DNA from: Clostridiales bacterium Firm_11
GTDB taxonomy: Bacteria > Bacillota > Clostridia > Christensenellales > Aristaeellaceae
DNA length: 64,000 bases
Assembly (NCBI GenBank): GCA_001604105.1
Contig: LVAQ01000011.1
Coordinates: forward strand, 25,640-89,639
Direction of reading: 5' to 3'
Each line of letters opens with the position of its first letter. The first letter of the stretch is position 1. The notes beneath the pieces were generated by a model that saw only the letters and a list, made by a program, of their open reading frames with translations, had not been told where the DNA came from and searched no databases. The position numbers and the translations under genes are program-made. Below are positions 10,276-19,309 of the stretch, one piece after another.

Positions 10276-10983
10276 TTGCCCATTGCGGTACCGCTTCGCC
10301 ATGAGTTGAAGTACTATATTTCGCCATTGGAGTATCATTTGCTTTCGCGCGCGCTGGATAAGGTGCTGGAGCGCGATCCCAATGGCGATCCGGAGCGTAA
10401 CGAATATCATATCCGTTCGCTGTATTTCGATACCTATAATAACGCCGCGGTTCAGGACAAACTCAACGGTGTCAAGAACCGTGATAAATACCGTATTCGT
10501 ATCTACAATTTATCTGAACGGTTGATACGGCTCGAATGCAAAACGAAGGTTGGCAGTTTGATTTCCAAACGCTCCATCATTATCCCTAAGCTTTTAGCAG
10601 AGCAGTTAATCGCGGGGGATCCCACAGGGCTGGAACGTACACGAAGTGGACTCTTGCAGGATATGTTCCGTGAGATGACGCTCAATCTTCTTCGGCCGGT
10701 AGTGTTGGTGGATTATGTTCGTGAAGCGTATTTGCATCCGCTTGAAGAGGTACGCATTACCTTTGATAAGCAGTTGCGCACCGGGATGAACTCCCATGAC
10801 ATTTTTAACCCCTACGTGCCGACCATATCGCCCCTGGATCATGAAGGCTTGATACTGGAAGTCAAGTATAACCGTGTTCTGCCGCCTTTTATCCGCGACT
10901 TGCTTTGTACCTATGTTCAAAATGCCCAAAACAGTGCTATCTCGAAGTACGTTTGGTGCAGACGCTTTGAAGGGTTCGAATAA
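10276..10983 (+). CDS. VTC-domain (polyphosphate polymerase / CYTH-like tunnel domain) protein
   Basis: 235 aa with a TTG start after GGGAAAGGGGG. RHELKYYISPLEY...YHIRSLYFDT...YRIRIY...LECKTK pattern of bacterial VTC-domain proteins. Confidence 0.75.
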   Translation: MPIAVPLRHELKYYISPLEYHLLSRALDKVLERDPNGDPERNEYHIRSLYFDTYNNAAVQDKLNGVKNRDKYRIRIYNLSERLIRLECKTKVGSLISKRSIIIPKLLAEQLIAGDPTGLERTRSGLLQDMFREMTLNLLRPVVLVDYVREAYLHPLEEVRITFDKQLRTGMNSHDIFNPYVPTISPLDHEGLILEVKYNRVLPPFIRDLLCTYVQNAQNSAISKYVWCRRFEGFE

Positions 10984-11045
10984 GCAATGTTGCAGTTCTG
11001 TATCCAATAACGCCATCATAGCCCAGAACCCAAAGGAGGCAGGGT

Positions 11046-11753
11046 ATGAAGAGATTGATTTCCGCACTGCTGGCGCTTTGCCTGTTGCTGAGTACACCTA
11101 TTGCCGCATCGGCGGATGCAGCAGCGCGCAAGGCGTTTATCGATGACATCATCCTTACGGCTGAACAGCTCTACACCAAGGCAAACGGCCGTTTACAGCG
11201 GGCGCAGTACGCGAGTGATATCTACGTATGCAAGAATTTCACCGTATACTTGTTTCGAGAAAACAGGGATAACTATCGCATGGCGGAGTATCCTGATGTG
11301 CCACTGGTGATTCCCGACAATCTGCCAAAGGAAGAATGCGTTGATTTTGCGTATGGCATCGTGTGGAAAGATGTCAGTGCGGCGGAAGGTAATCCCTTCT
11401 ATGAGGCTGCGCGCTTCCTGTATGATGAAAGCCTGAGTGATGCGGAAAATCGTCAGATTGCGCGCGAATTCATGATGCAGGCGGAACGCGGGGATTATTT
11501 TCAAATGTCCGCAGATTATTATTATGGCGTCGGCGCGCACAGCTTAGTGATCATCAGCAATTACGATCCTGAGAACAAGTCCATCCGATGGACCGATTCA
11601 AACATGAGAGGGGAAAAGCGCAACGGCGAACGCTATGCGATCGTGCAATATGATGCGCAAAAGGATATTGACTGGTTTGTAGATGCATTCTGTCACAAGA
11701 CCAGGGGAGCGACACTTTATCGGCTGCGCGATGATATTATCTTCGCAAAATGA
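11046..11753 (+). CDS. Secreted hypothetical protein (possible Cys/His hydrolase)
   Basis: 235 aa with AAAGGAGG SD. Signal peptide MKRLISALLALCLLLSTPIAASADA. Candidate Cys (VCKNF) and His (GAHSLVII). Family not recognised. Confidence 0.6.
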   Translation: MKRLISALLALCLLLSTPIAASADAAARKAFIDDIILTAEQLYTKANGRLQRAQYASDIYVCKNFTVYLFRENRDNYRMAEYPDVPLVIPDNLPKEECVDFAYGIVWKDVSAAEGNPFYEAARFLYDESLSDAENRQIAREFMMQAERGDYFQMSADYYYGVGAHSLVIISNYDPENKSIRWTDSNMRGEKRNGERYAIVQYDAQKDIDWFVDAFCHKTRGATLYRLRDDIIFAK

Positions 11754-11778
11754 GCCAAGGCTATCAGCAGCAATTGTT

Positions 11779-11814
11779 CAAGCGCGGTGGGCTATCCACC
11801 GCGCTTGATTTTTA
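11779..11814. terminator. Strong terminator closing the CotH operon (also sits downstream of the convergent recombinase gene)
   Basis: 12-bp perfect stem caagcgcggtgg / ccaccgcgcttg with a 5-nt loop, followed by attttta. Confidence 0.7.
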
Positions 11815-11919
11815 CGTCAGGAAAGAAATGCTGCTGGTCAGCTATTCCCATCAAGGAATAGGCTTTAAAAGTGGGGGAATCCTCTGCAAGAACGTTAATC
11901 ATGCTATGCGCATGCGGCA

Positions 11920-13119
11920 TCATCCGTCCAGATTAGCATCGGTATGCAGTTCTGTCGATGGCGCTGAGGAAGATGGCTGGGTGTGCTGCTCCGGCATCTG
12001 TGGTAAGGGTTGCTGATGAGTTGCTTCGACATCCGCCAAGGTTTGCTCGTTTGCACGTAGATGCGTATGCGAAGCAGCCTGCCGCATGCGCGCAGCGCTC
12101 ATGCTGGCATAATGCTTGCGAGTGGTATTCACATCCGAGTGTCCTAAGGTTTCTGCCACAAGATAGATATCCTTGGTTTCTTCGTACAAATTGGTGGCGT
12201 AGGTGCTTCGCAGCTTATGCGGACTAATCCGCTTTTTAAGCGGTACAACCAGCATCGCATACTTTTTGACCATTTTTTCAACCGCGCGCTGCGTCATCCG
12301 CTTACGCTGCAACGAAAGAAAGAAGGCGTGCTCATGGCCAGCGACGGGTGTGATGGCTTCCCGCTTTTGCAGATAATCCTTGAGTGCCTCGGCCACCTCG
12401 CGCGGAAAATAGAGGATTACCTGATTGCCGCCTTTTCGTGTCACCAGCAACGCATTGACACGAAAGTCAATATCCTCCATGTTGATGCCAACACATTCGC
12501 TTACACGGATACCAGTCCCGAGAAACAGCATTACGATTGCCAAATCTCTGGTTTGTGTAATTTTGTGAAAAGCCGCTTGCTGGGGGGTAAGTTGATGACC
12601 TTTCTCGATAGCCTCGAGCAGTTGGTGCATCTCATGGCGCTCTAACAGCAGAATCGGCTTTTCGTGGCGCTTGGGCAATGGAACCAACGTAACGATGTTG
12701 GACGGTATACGCTGTGTTCGAAAAAGGTAGTTGAAATAAGAACGCAGGGAGGATAGCTTGCGCATCACGCCATAGATCTGGTTTTTCAGCAATCGTTGGT
12801 TGTTTTCATCATCACCATTTTGTTTGTAATACAGGGTCAGGTATTCCGCATACATTTCAATATCCCTTGGTTTCAGGGTAGAGATTTGTTCGTCGGTAAT
12901 CTCCGTGGCATTTTGTACGCTGAGATTGGTTAGTTCCTTTAAAGCAAAGTCAAAGAAAGTATGCAGATCGATGGTATAGGCAAGCCGCGTGAGCGTGCTG
13001 GTTGTGGATTGCAGACTGCGGATAAAATCCGCACAGGAGCGTGGCAGCGTATGAAGCATTTCTCTGGCGGTTTCCAGCCGCTTTTGATCGAGTTGTTCAC
13101 GATAGCTAAGCTCTGGCAT
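11920..13119 (-). CDS. Tyrosine site-specific recombinase (XerC/XerD/phage-integrase family)
   Basis: 399 aa. SAM-like N-domain and catalytic region ...HKLRSTYATNLY...LGHSDVNTTRKHY. About 60 aa of Q/P/S/T-rich tail follow the catalytic Tyr. Confidence 0.85.
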   Translation of the reverse strand: MPELSYREQLDQKRLETAREMLHTLPRSCADFIRSLQSTTSTLTRLAYTIDLHTFFDFALKELTNLSVQNATEITDEQISTLKPRDIEMYAEYLTLYYKQNGDDENNQRLLKNQIYGVMRKLSSLRSYFNYLFRTQRIPSNIVTLVPLPKRHEKPILLLERHEMHQLLEAIEKGHQLTPQQAAFHKITQTRDLAIVMLFLGTGIRVSECVGINMEDIDFRVNALLVTRKGGNQVILYFPREVAEALKDYLQKREAITPVAGHEHAFFLSLQRKRMTQRAVEKMVKKYAMLVVPLKKRISPHKLRSTYATNLYEETKDIYLVAETLGHSDVNTTRKHYASMSAARMRQAASHTHLRANEQTLADVEATHQQPLPQMPEQHTQPSSSAPSTELHTDANLDG

Positions 13120-13505
13120 AGTATGCTCCTTTCGGAAAATAATCTATTCGTTAAAGTATTCTTTAGCGAATAGTTTTAACTTCATTATACACCCTATTTC
13201 CTGTACGTCAAGGCACAAAACAATCCTACGCCAGCCATATCTTACTTGATGAATACTGGCGCAATCATTGGAGCCGCAGTTTTCTATACCATCACATCTC
13301 ATTTTTGTGATCGATAATCTGCGCTCCTCCCCCGCTTCCATAAAGGCAAGCCTTGGATAACCGTACAGTAAGCCGTATTCAAAGTGTAGTGACAATTTAA
13401 TATATTTGGTAATTCTGCCATTTAGCTTTAATTTTTCGCTTATTACTTGAGATCAGTTTACAATATCCTTCTTTCGCAGTACATTACCTTACAGGAGGTG
13501 GAATC

Positions 13506-13952
13506 ATGGACTGTATCGATCTTTGTATTCTGGAAGCATTGCGGAAGAATGCTCGCACCCCTGCTTCGGCCATTGCAAAACTAGCCAATCTCTCCGTACC
13601 GGCAATACTGGAACGCATCAAAAAGCTTTCTTCGTCAGGCGTTATCGAACGCTTCACAATTCAACTGAACCGCAGGCGCATGGGCGAAACACTGCTGGCC
13701 TTTGTCTTTGTTCGGCTTGAAAGCGCTGCGGATACCATGTTTTTTCGCGAAAAAACCATCGCCTTCCCGTGTGTTCTCGAGTGTCATCATATAGCAGGCG
13801 ATTATGATTATTTGCTGAAGGTTTCCGTGGCGGACACGGCACTGCTGGAAGAGTTTCTATCCATGCAGCTGAAGCAAATTCCAGGTGTTCTGGCTACCAA
13901 TACCCTGATTGTGCTGACAACGCTTAAGGAGGAGTTCAATGTTACGCTCTAG
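13506..13952 (+). CDS. Lrp/AsnC family transcriptional regulator
   Basis: 148 aa with AGGAGG SD. DLCILEALRKNARTPASAIAKLANLSVPAILERIKKL HTH followed by an RAM-like domain. Confidence 0.85.
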   Translation: MDCIDLCILEALRKNARTPASAIAKLANLSVPAILERIKKLSSSGVIERFTIQLNRRRMGETLLAFVFVRLESAADTMFFREKTIAFPCVLECHHIAGDYDYLLKVSVADTALLEEFLSMQLKQIPGVLATNTLIVLTTLKEEFNVTL

Positions 13953-14637
13953 CCCAATTGGAAAAGGGTTCTGCTTCGGCCTGCTCTTGCAGGCAGCAAT
14001 TGGGCCTGTGTGCCTGTTTGTGCTCAACAGTGCCATTGCGCAGGGCTTCTTCACCGCTTTTGCTGCGATTAGTGCTGTTGTACTGGCCGATGCGCTCATG
14101 ATCACGATATCGCTGTTAGGCACATCACTGTTGTTCAGGAAAAGAAGGTTTGCATGGTTCTCACAAATCCTCGGAGGGTTTGTGCTGATCATATTTGGTT
14201 TAGACATGGTGCTGAACGTCTTTGGAGTTAAAGTAGTGCCTGGATTCACCCTGTTTCAGGTTAATACAGCCATGAGCCTTTTCTTGCAAACCTTATTATT
14301 GACACTTTCTAACCCCTTGACGATTTTATTCTGGGGAGGCGTGCTGGCTTCGAAAGTTGCGGAGAACGAATGGACGCGCGCGGAGCTGGTCAGTTTTGCT
14401 TTTGGGTGTGTGCTGGCTACCGGTGTATTCATGACGCTTATCGCCGCACTGGGTGGTTTTGTGGTTGTGCTTCTGCCACCCATTATCTTGCAAGGTCTCA
14501 ACATCGCAGTAGGTGCAGTTATATGCGGATACGGTGTTCGCCTTCTGCTGCATCGCTTTTCTCCAGTGCCCCTCTCCCCTAACAGTACAGATCATGAAAA
14601 TAATGTTCCTTCGCTTGCAAAATCCAAACGCTTGTGA
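13939..14637 (+). CDS. LysE/ArgO family amino-acid exporter
   Basis: 232 aa, multi-TM. Starts within the Lrp gene end after AAGGAGGA. GFCFGLLLQAAIGPVCLFVLN motif. Confidence 0.8.
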   Translation: MLRSSPIGKGFCFGLLLQAAIGPVCLFVLNSAIAQGFFTAFAAISAVVLADALMITISLLGTSLLFRKRRFAWFSQILGGFVLIIFGLDMVLNVFGVKVVPGFTLFQVNTAMSLFLQTLLLTLSNPLTILFWGGVLASKVAENEWTRAELVSFAFGCVLATGVFMTLIAALGGFVVVLLPPIILQGLNIAVGAVICGYGVRLLLHRFSPVPLSPNSTDHENNVPSLAKSKRL

Positions 14638-14643
14638 TATGCT
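14615..14643 (+). promoter_or_regulatory. Candidate lexA promoter
   Basis: -35 TTGCAA (14615-14620), 17-bp spacer, extended -10 TGaTATGCT (14635-14643). Confidence 0.5.
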
Positions 14644-14648
14644 ATAGA

Positions 14649-14662
14649 AGAACAAATGTTTG
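14649..14662 (+). promoter_or_regulatory. LexA (Cheo-type SOS) box
   Basis: AGAACAAATGTTTG compared with the Firmicutes consensus CGAACRNRYGTTCG. It lies just downstream of the -10 and 17 nt before the lexA ATG. Confidence 0.65.
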
Positions 14663-14678
14663 CAAGGGATGTGAGCCA

Positions 14679-15290
14679 ATGAGCAATCCGCGCGGCGATA
14701 GCCAAGCTAGAATCCTTGAATACATAGAAAGAATAACACGCCAAAAAGGCTACCCGCCCTCCGTTCGCGAGATTTGTGACGCGACGGGGTTAAAATCGAC
14801 CTCGACGGTGCATGGGCACCTGATTCGGCTAGAAAAAAAAGGCCTGATTTCGCGCGATTCAATGAAACCGCGTGCCATCAGCATATCGATGGATCGTGAA
14901 ACACTCGAACGCGCCGGCATGGTTTCTGTGCCGATCCTTGGACGCGTAACGGCGGGCACGCCTATTTTAGCGACCGAGAACATTGAGGAATATGTAAGCC
15001 TTCCCCAGGCAATGCTTGGCGAAGGCGAGCATTACGTATTGGGCGTACGCGGAGAAAGCATGATCGAAGCGGGAATTATGGACGGAGATTATGTGGTGGT
15101 GCACAGGCAGCCGCATGCTTATAATGGAGACATCGTTGTCGCGATGATTGAAGACGAAGCCACCATCAAGCGGTTTTATCGCGAGAACGGCGCGTTTCGG
15201 CTGCAACCTGAGAACCCGTCTATGAAGCCGATCATCGTGCCTGAAGTAACCATATTGGGGAAGGTGGTTTCCCTCTACCGCGTTTATTGA
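14679..15290 (+). CDS. lexA: LexA repressor
   Basis: ORF 14634..15290 trimmed to ATG 14679. Winged-helix N-domain, VPILGRVTAGTPI hinge, and GESM...ATIKRF Ser/Lys dyad. Confidence 0.93.
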   Translation: MSNPRGDSQARILEYIERITRQKGYPPSVREICDATGLKSTSTVHGHLIRLEKKGLISRDSMKPRAISISMDRETLERAGMVSVPILGRVTAGTPILATENIEEYVSLPQAMLGEGEHYVLGVRGESMIEAGIMDGDYVVVHRQPHAYNGDIVVAMIEDEATIKRFYRENGAFRLQPENPSMKPIIVPEVTILGKVVSLYRVY

Positions 15291-15323
15291 GGAGCATTAC
15301 CATGGCGCGGGGGTGAAGGATAG

Positions 15324-16013
15324 ATGTCATGGTGGGAATCTGGGTTGCGGCTGATACTGGCGATCACCATCGGGTGTGTGATCGGTATTGAGCGAGAAAA
15401 AAAGAACCGTCCTGCGGGCATGCGTACGCATGTGCTTGTTTGCGTTGGTGCAGCGCTGATTGCAATCGTTGAAAGCTTAATCATTGCGGATACCATTACC
15501 CTTAACTTAAGTCGTGGCGCAAATACCGGGGTTGCGGTCAGTTATGGACGTTTGAGCGCACAGGTGATCAGCGGTATTGGTTTTCTTGGCGCCGGAACCA
15601 TTTTTATCAGTCAGAAGAAAATCGCAGGATTAACTACTGCCGCTTCCCTATGGAATGCGGCGTGCTTGGGGCTTGCAATCGGGATGGGCTATTACGTGAT
15701 AGCCGTTGCGGGCTGCGCCATTGTCATGATCACGCTGAGCCTGCTCCAGCGGATGGTGCATGTAAATGCCGTGAAGAATGTGGAAGTCAAGTTCATCCAT
15801 CGCGTGGAGACGATTTCCTTCATCAATGACTATTTCCAAAGCATTGGCGTCAATGTGCTGGATATCGATTTCCATGTCGAGAATAAGGGCAAGTTCAATC
15901 TGTATACCAATTTGTATACCTTGGATATGCCCAGCGATACAGCGTATAAGGATATTGTCAACAAGCTTTCCGAGTATGCAAATATACAGGGTATCAGAAC
16001 GCGCAATGTGTAA
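15324..16013 (+). CDS. MgtC/SapB family membrane protein
   Basis: 229 aa. GIEREKKNRPAGMRTHVLVCVGAAL motif plus a C-terminal ACT-like domain. Confidence 0.85.
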   Translation: MSWWESGLRLILAITIGCVIGIEREKKNRPAGMRTHVLVCVGAALIAIVESLIIADTITLNLSRGANTGVAVSYGRLSAQVISGIGFLGAGTIFISQKKIAGLTTAASLWNAACLGLAIGMGYYVIAVAGCAIVMITLSLLQRMVHVNAVKNVEVKFIHRVETISFINDYFQSIGVNVLDIDFHVENKGKFNLYTNLYTLDMPSDTAYKDIVNKLSEYANIQGIRTRNV

Positions 16014-16025
16014 GGGGGCAAATCT

Positions 16026-16937
16026 GTGGGGTCTTACCGCATCGCCGTTGTGGGCGGCAACAATGTTGATATCACTGCAACAGCGTCTACGCCGCTGGTT
16101 TTTGGGGATTCAAACCCCGGTAGCATCCGCACTGGTTTAGGCGGCGTGGGTCGCAACATCGCCGAGAATCTGACCCGTCTTGGACAGCAGGTAACCTTGC
16201 TTACCGTGCTGGGTGATGATGAATTTTCAACCATGGCGACAGCACAGGCGGCGCGCATTGGCATGGATATGACGCATGCAATCTCTGTAAGCGGCGTACC
16301 CAGCTGTATTTATGTGTGCATTAACGAACCAGATGGTGAAATGACCGTTGCCGTTAATGATATGGAACTTTGTAATCACATTACGCCAGCATACCTTTCT
16401 ACGAAGCTGGATGTGCTGCAAGCGACAGATGCAATCATTATTGACGCTAACATATCGCAGGAAAGCATTGATTATATCGCACAGCATTGCACACCGCCTA
16501 TATTTGCGGATGCGGTCGCTGCAAAAAAAGCTGCCAGACTGCACCCATCTCTCCCCCACCTGACAGGGCTGAAAGCAAACCAAATCGAAATGGAACTGCT
16601 CACCGGGCAAACCATTGCCAATGAGCATGATATGCGCGCAGCCGCACATATTCTACATCAATTTGGCGTGGAATATGTGATGATTACGCTGGGCAGCCGC
16701 GGGGCATTCTGCTCGGCAGGCGGCGTTCAAGTGTTTTCGCCTCCCAGTACAGGCCGCATCATAAACACTACGGGGTGTGGTGATGCATTTACCGCAGCGA
16801 TGGTACTTGCGGTTTTAGAGAAGAAAAGCGTACCGGATGCGCTCAGCATGGGCATGGCCGCAGCGTCCATCTGCGCGCAAAGCATGCTCGCCGTTTCCGA
16901 ACAGATGCGCTATGAGCTGCTTGTCCATCAACCATAA
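16026..16937 (+). CDS. psuK: PfkB-family kinase, probable pseudouridine kinase
   Basis: 303 aa with a GTG start. VVGGNNVDI...TTGCGDAF PfkB motifs. Directly upstream of psuG. Confidence 0.75.
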   Translation: MGSYRIAVVGGNNVDITATASTPLVFGDSNPGSIRTGLGGVGRNIAENLTRLGQQVTLLTVLGDDEFSTMATAQAARIGMDMTHAISVSGVPSCIYVCINEPDGEMTVAVNDMELCNHITPAYLSTKLDVLQATDAIIIDANISQESIDYIAQHCTPPIFADAVAAKKAARLHPSLPHLTGLKANQIEMELLTGQTIANEHDMRAAAHILHQFGVEYVMITLGSRGAFCSAGGVQVFSPPSTGRIINTTGCGDAFTAAMVLAVLEKKSVPDALSMGMAAASICAQSMLAVSEQMRYELLVHQP

Positions 16938-16960
16938 ACGAAGTATGCAGGAGGCAATGT

Positions 16961-17878
16961 ATGAATCCCTATCTTTTTATTTCCGATGAAGTACGCGCAG
17001 CCGTAGCGGAAAACCGTCCTGTGGTCGCGCTGGAGTCCACCATCATCAGCCATGGAATGCCTTATCCCCAAAATGTTGAAACCGCACTTTCGGTAGAAGC
17101 AACAGTGCGTGAGCATGGTGCGGTGCCGGCTACTATCGCGATTATTCAGGGCAAACTTTGCGTAGGCATCAGCCACGATCAAATTACCTACTTAGGCAAA
17201 AAGGGACTCTCGGTAAACAAAGCCAGCCGTCGTGATTTGCCCGTGTTGCTTGCACGCGGAGACGATGGCGCAACCACCGTTGCTACCACCATGATTGGCG
17301 CTGCCATGGCCGGTATACACGTATTTGCCACAGGTGGCATCGGCGGCGTGCACCGTGGCGCGCAGTCCACCATGGATATTTCCGCGGATTTGGAGGAGTT
17401 GGCACGAACGGATGTAACAGTGGTATGCGCAGGCGCTAAATCCATCCTGGATCTTGGCCTTACCTTGGAATACTTGGAGACCAAAGGTGTACCTGTCATC
17501 GGCTATCAAACGGACGAACTCCCCGCGTTTTATTGTCGCGACAGCGGTTTTGGCGTTGATTATCGGCTGGATACGCCTATGGAAATTGCCGCCGCCATCC
17601 GTGCCAAGCAAGTGGCCGGGCTTACAGGCGGCATGTTGATTACCAACCCCATTCCTGAAGCGTATGCTATGCCGCAATCGCAAATGTCCGCATGCATCGA
17701 TCAGGCTATCAGCATTGCTAGCAGCAACGGCATCAAGGGAAAGGCAATCACCCCATTTCTGCTGGATCAAATTAAATCACTCACAGAGGGTAAGTCACTG
17801 GCTTCCAATATCCAGCTTGTGCTCAACAACGCGCGTTTGGGTGCGAAGATCGCCGTTGCGTTGTCTTCTTTGTCCTGA
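16961..17878 (+). CDS. psuG: Pseudouridine-5'-phosphate glycosidase
   Basis: 305 aa. ALESTIISHGMPYPQN and ATGGIGGVHRGA motifs. Confidence 0.92.
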   Translation: MNPYLFISDEVRAAVAENRPVVALESTIISHGMPYPQNVETALSVEATVREHGAVPATIAIIQGKLCVGISHDQITYLGKKGLSVNKASRRDLPVLLARGDDGATTVATTMIGAAMAGIHVFATGGIGGVHRGAQSTMDISADLEELARTDVTVVCAGAKSILDLGLTLEYLETKGVPVIGYQTDELPAFYCRDSGFGVDYRLDTPMEIAAAIRAKQVAGLTGGMLITNPIPEAYAMPQSQMSACIDQAISIASSNGIKGKAITPFLLDQIKSLTEGKSLASNIQLVLNNARLGAKIAVALSSLS

Positions 17879-17894
17879 GTCTGAACAATTATGT

Positions 17895-17939
17895 GAAACA
17901 CCCACAATGGGACATGCATTGTCACATTGTGGGTGTTTC
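17895..17939. terminator. Bidirectional hairpin between psuG and the convergent GT operon
   Basis: 15-bp perfect stem gaaacacccacaatg / cattgtgggtgtttc. Confidence 0.65.
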
Positions 17940-18088
17940 CTGTTTGTGAACAGCTTTTATTCCAACGGTCATGAACGATACACTAGTATCGATTGTGGAT
18001 CACAGGCGTAACACGGAGAAAATTCGTTGTATAAGGAGCATTCATGATGTGCGAGCAGGTATATCGATTGAAAGCTTTTTCCATGAAA

Positions 18089-19309
18089 TCAGGCATGGAG
18101 CCCCCTCATAAACTCACTCAGTTTCCTGCCTTGAACTTCACTGTTCTTTTCCGTCAGTACAAAAGCACGCGCACGTTCGCCAAGCGACAAGCGAGCTTCT
18201 TGCGATAATGCCAGCAACGCCACAACGGCATCCTTGATACCCGAAGAATTCTGCGGCGCAATGTACAGGAGGTAATCGTCATACGCATCCGGGATACCGT
18301 CGAGTTTACAGCAGAGCACGGGCTTGCCGGAACGCATATATTCCATCGTTTTGGAGGGAAAAGAATACCGGGTGAATGCTCCCTGTGCGGTACGCGGGTT
18401 GATGAGCGCAAAAGCTCTTTTTTGAAGCGCCAATGCTACCGGTTGGGGCACAAACCCGAAGTAATGGATATTATTATCCCTCTCCGCGGCAGCTTGAACA
18501 TCAAACTGCATATCCCCGTTTCCGCAAAGCCAAAGTTGCGTGCTATCGATTGATTTGAACGCCTCGAGCAACTCCCCTATGCCCAACTCCCGGTTCAAGG
18601 TGCCTGTATAAAGCACCGCTGGGCGATCATCAGCGGGCAATGTTGGTAAATCTGCTTTCAAAATAACGGGTTCTGGCGAAATTAGCCCTTCCAGCACAAG
18701 TGAAGGTTTTCCGTTGATGGGTAACACCTCAGCCATGTGACGCGTTAACAGTACAAAACCGTCAAACACGCTGCAAAGCTTGGTTTTCTTACGCCCCATG
18801 GCATACTCAATACGCTTGAGTAAACCCTTGCGACCGGACGCGATGCCCTGATCATTGGGGAGATCGGTTATAATCAGGGTCGCACGAACATCCGCATGTT
18901 TACGCTTGATGCGCGCTATGGCTTGCAAGTATGGCAAGTACATGGAATATACCAATATGTTCCGGTTTTCCGGGGAAGCTGCAATCCATTGTTCGATGCT
19001 GCGCGTAGCTAACCATGCGCGCATCTTTTGCTTCACATACGGTAGGTTAAGGCTTGGCAACTCCTTGAACTTCCCATGGTTAAGCGTTTTGCCGCGCAAC
19101 CAGAGCTTTCGGTAGCACTTGGGGTAAACCCCCACTGGCAGCGCGTTGCAAATCGAGAGGGACTCCCCCACCAGCAGGTTTTTCTCCAGCCCTTCGTGAA
19201 ACGCCCACTGATAAGCGTTAATCTGGTTTTGAATACCGTCGCGCGAGTGTTTCAACACCATCGCAACATCATCGGGATGGTATAGCAACGTCAGGAAAAG
19301 CGTATTCAT
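18089..19309 (-). CDS. Glycosyltransferase (GT4-like)
   Basis: 406 aa. C-terminal GT-B motif ...FPSKTMEYMRSGKPVL. Its start overlaps the upstream gene's stop by 4 nt. Confidence 0.75.
   Translation of the reverse strand: MNTLFLTLLYHPDDVAMVLKHSRDGIQNQINAYQWAFHEGLEKNLLVGESLSICNALPVGVYPKCYRKLWLRGKTLNHGKFKELPSLNLPYVKQKMRAWLATRSIEQWIAASPENRNILVYSMYLPYLQAIARIKRKHADVRATLIITDLPNDQGIASGRKGLLKRIEYAMGRKKTKLCSVFDGFVLLTRHMAEVLPINGKPSLVLEGLISPEPVILKADLPTLPADDRPAVLYTGTLNRELGIGELLEAFKSIDSTQLWLCGNGDMQFDVQAAAERDNNIHYFGFVPQPVALALQKRAFALINPRTAQGAFTRYSFPSKTMEYMRSGKPVLCCKLDGIPDAYDDYLLYIAPQNSSGIKDAVVALLALSQEARLSLGERARAFVLTEKNSEVQGRKLSEFMRGLHA

Noticed and set aside
11920-13119. Integrase as a marker of a prophage, ICE or genomic island.
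   Set aside because: No phage, conjugation or IS genes, no tRNA target and no flanking repeats are visible. Both neighbouring sides carry ordinary chromosomal genes (CotH operon; Lrp/LysE/lexA).
13144-13395. 83-aa ORF upstream of the recombinase as a possible excisionase or regulator.
   Set aside because: It has a TTG start with no SD, a Cys-rich non-HTH sequence and no recognisable family. It is more likely non-coding AT-rich spacer.
13380-13440. dif-like Xer site in the AT-rich region (..aatttaatatatttggtaatt..).
   Set aside because: It matches the Firmicutes dif consensus only over an AT-rich central stretch. The XerC/XerD arms are not recognisable.
18044-18208. 54-aa ORF with a good SD (TAAGGAG, 5-nt spacer) starting in the psuG/GT intergenic region and running antisense into the glycosyltransferase 3' end.
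   Set aside because: It lies downstream of the bidirectional terminator, overlaps a well-supported gene by 120 nt, and has no recognisable features. It is kept only as a remote small-protein candidate.
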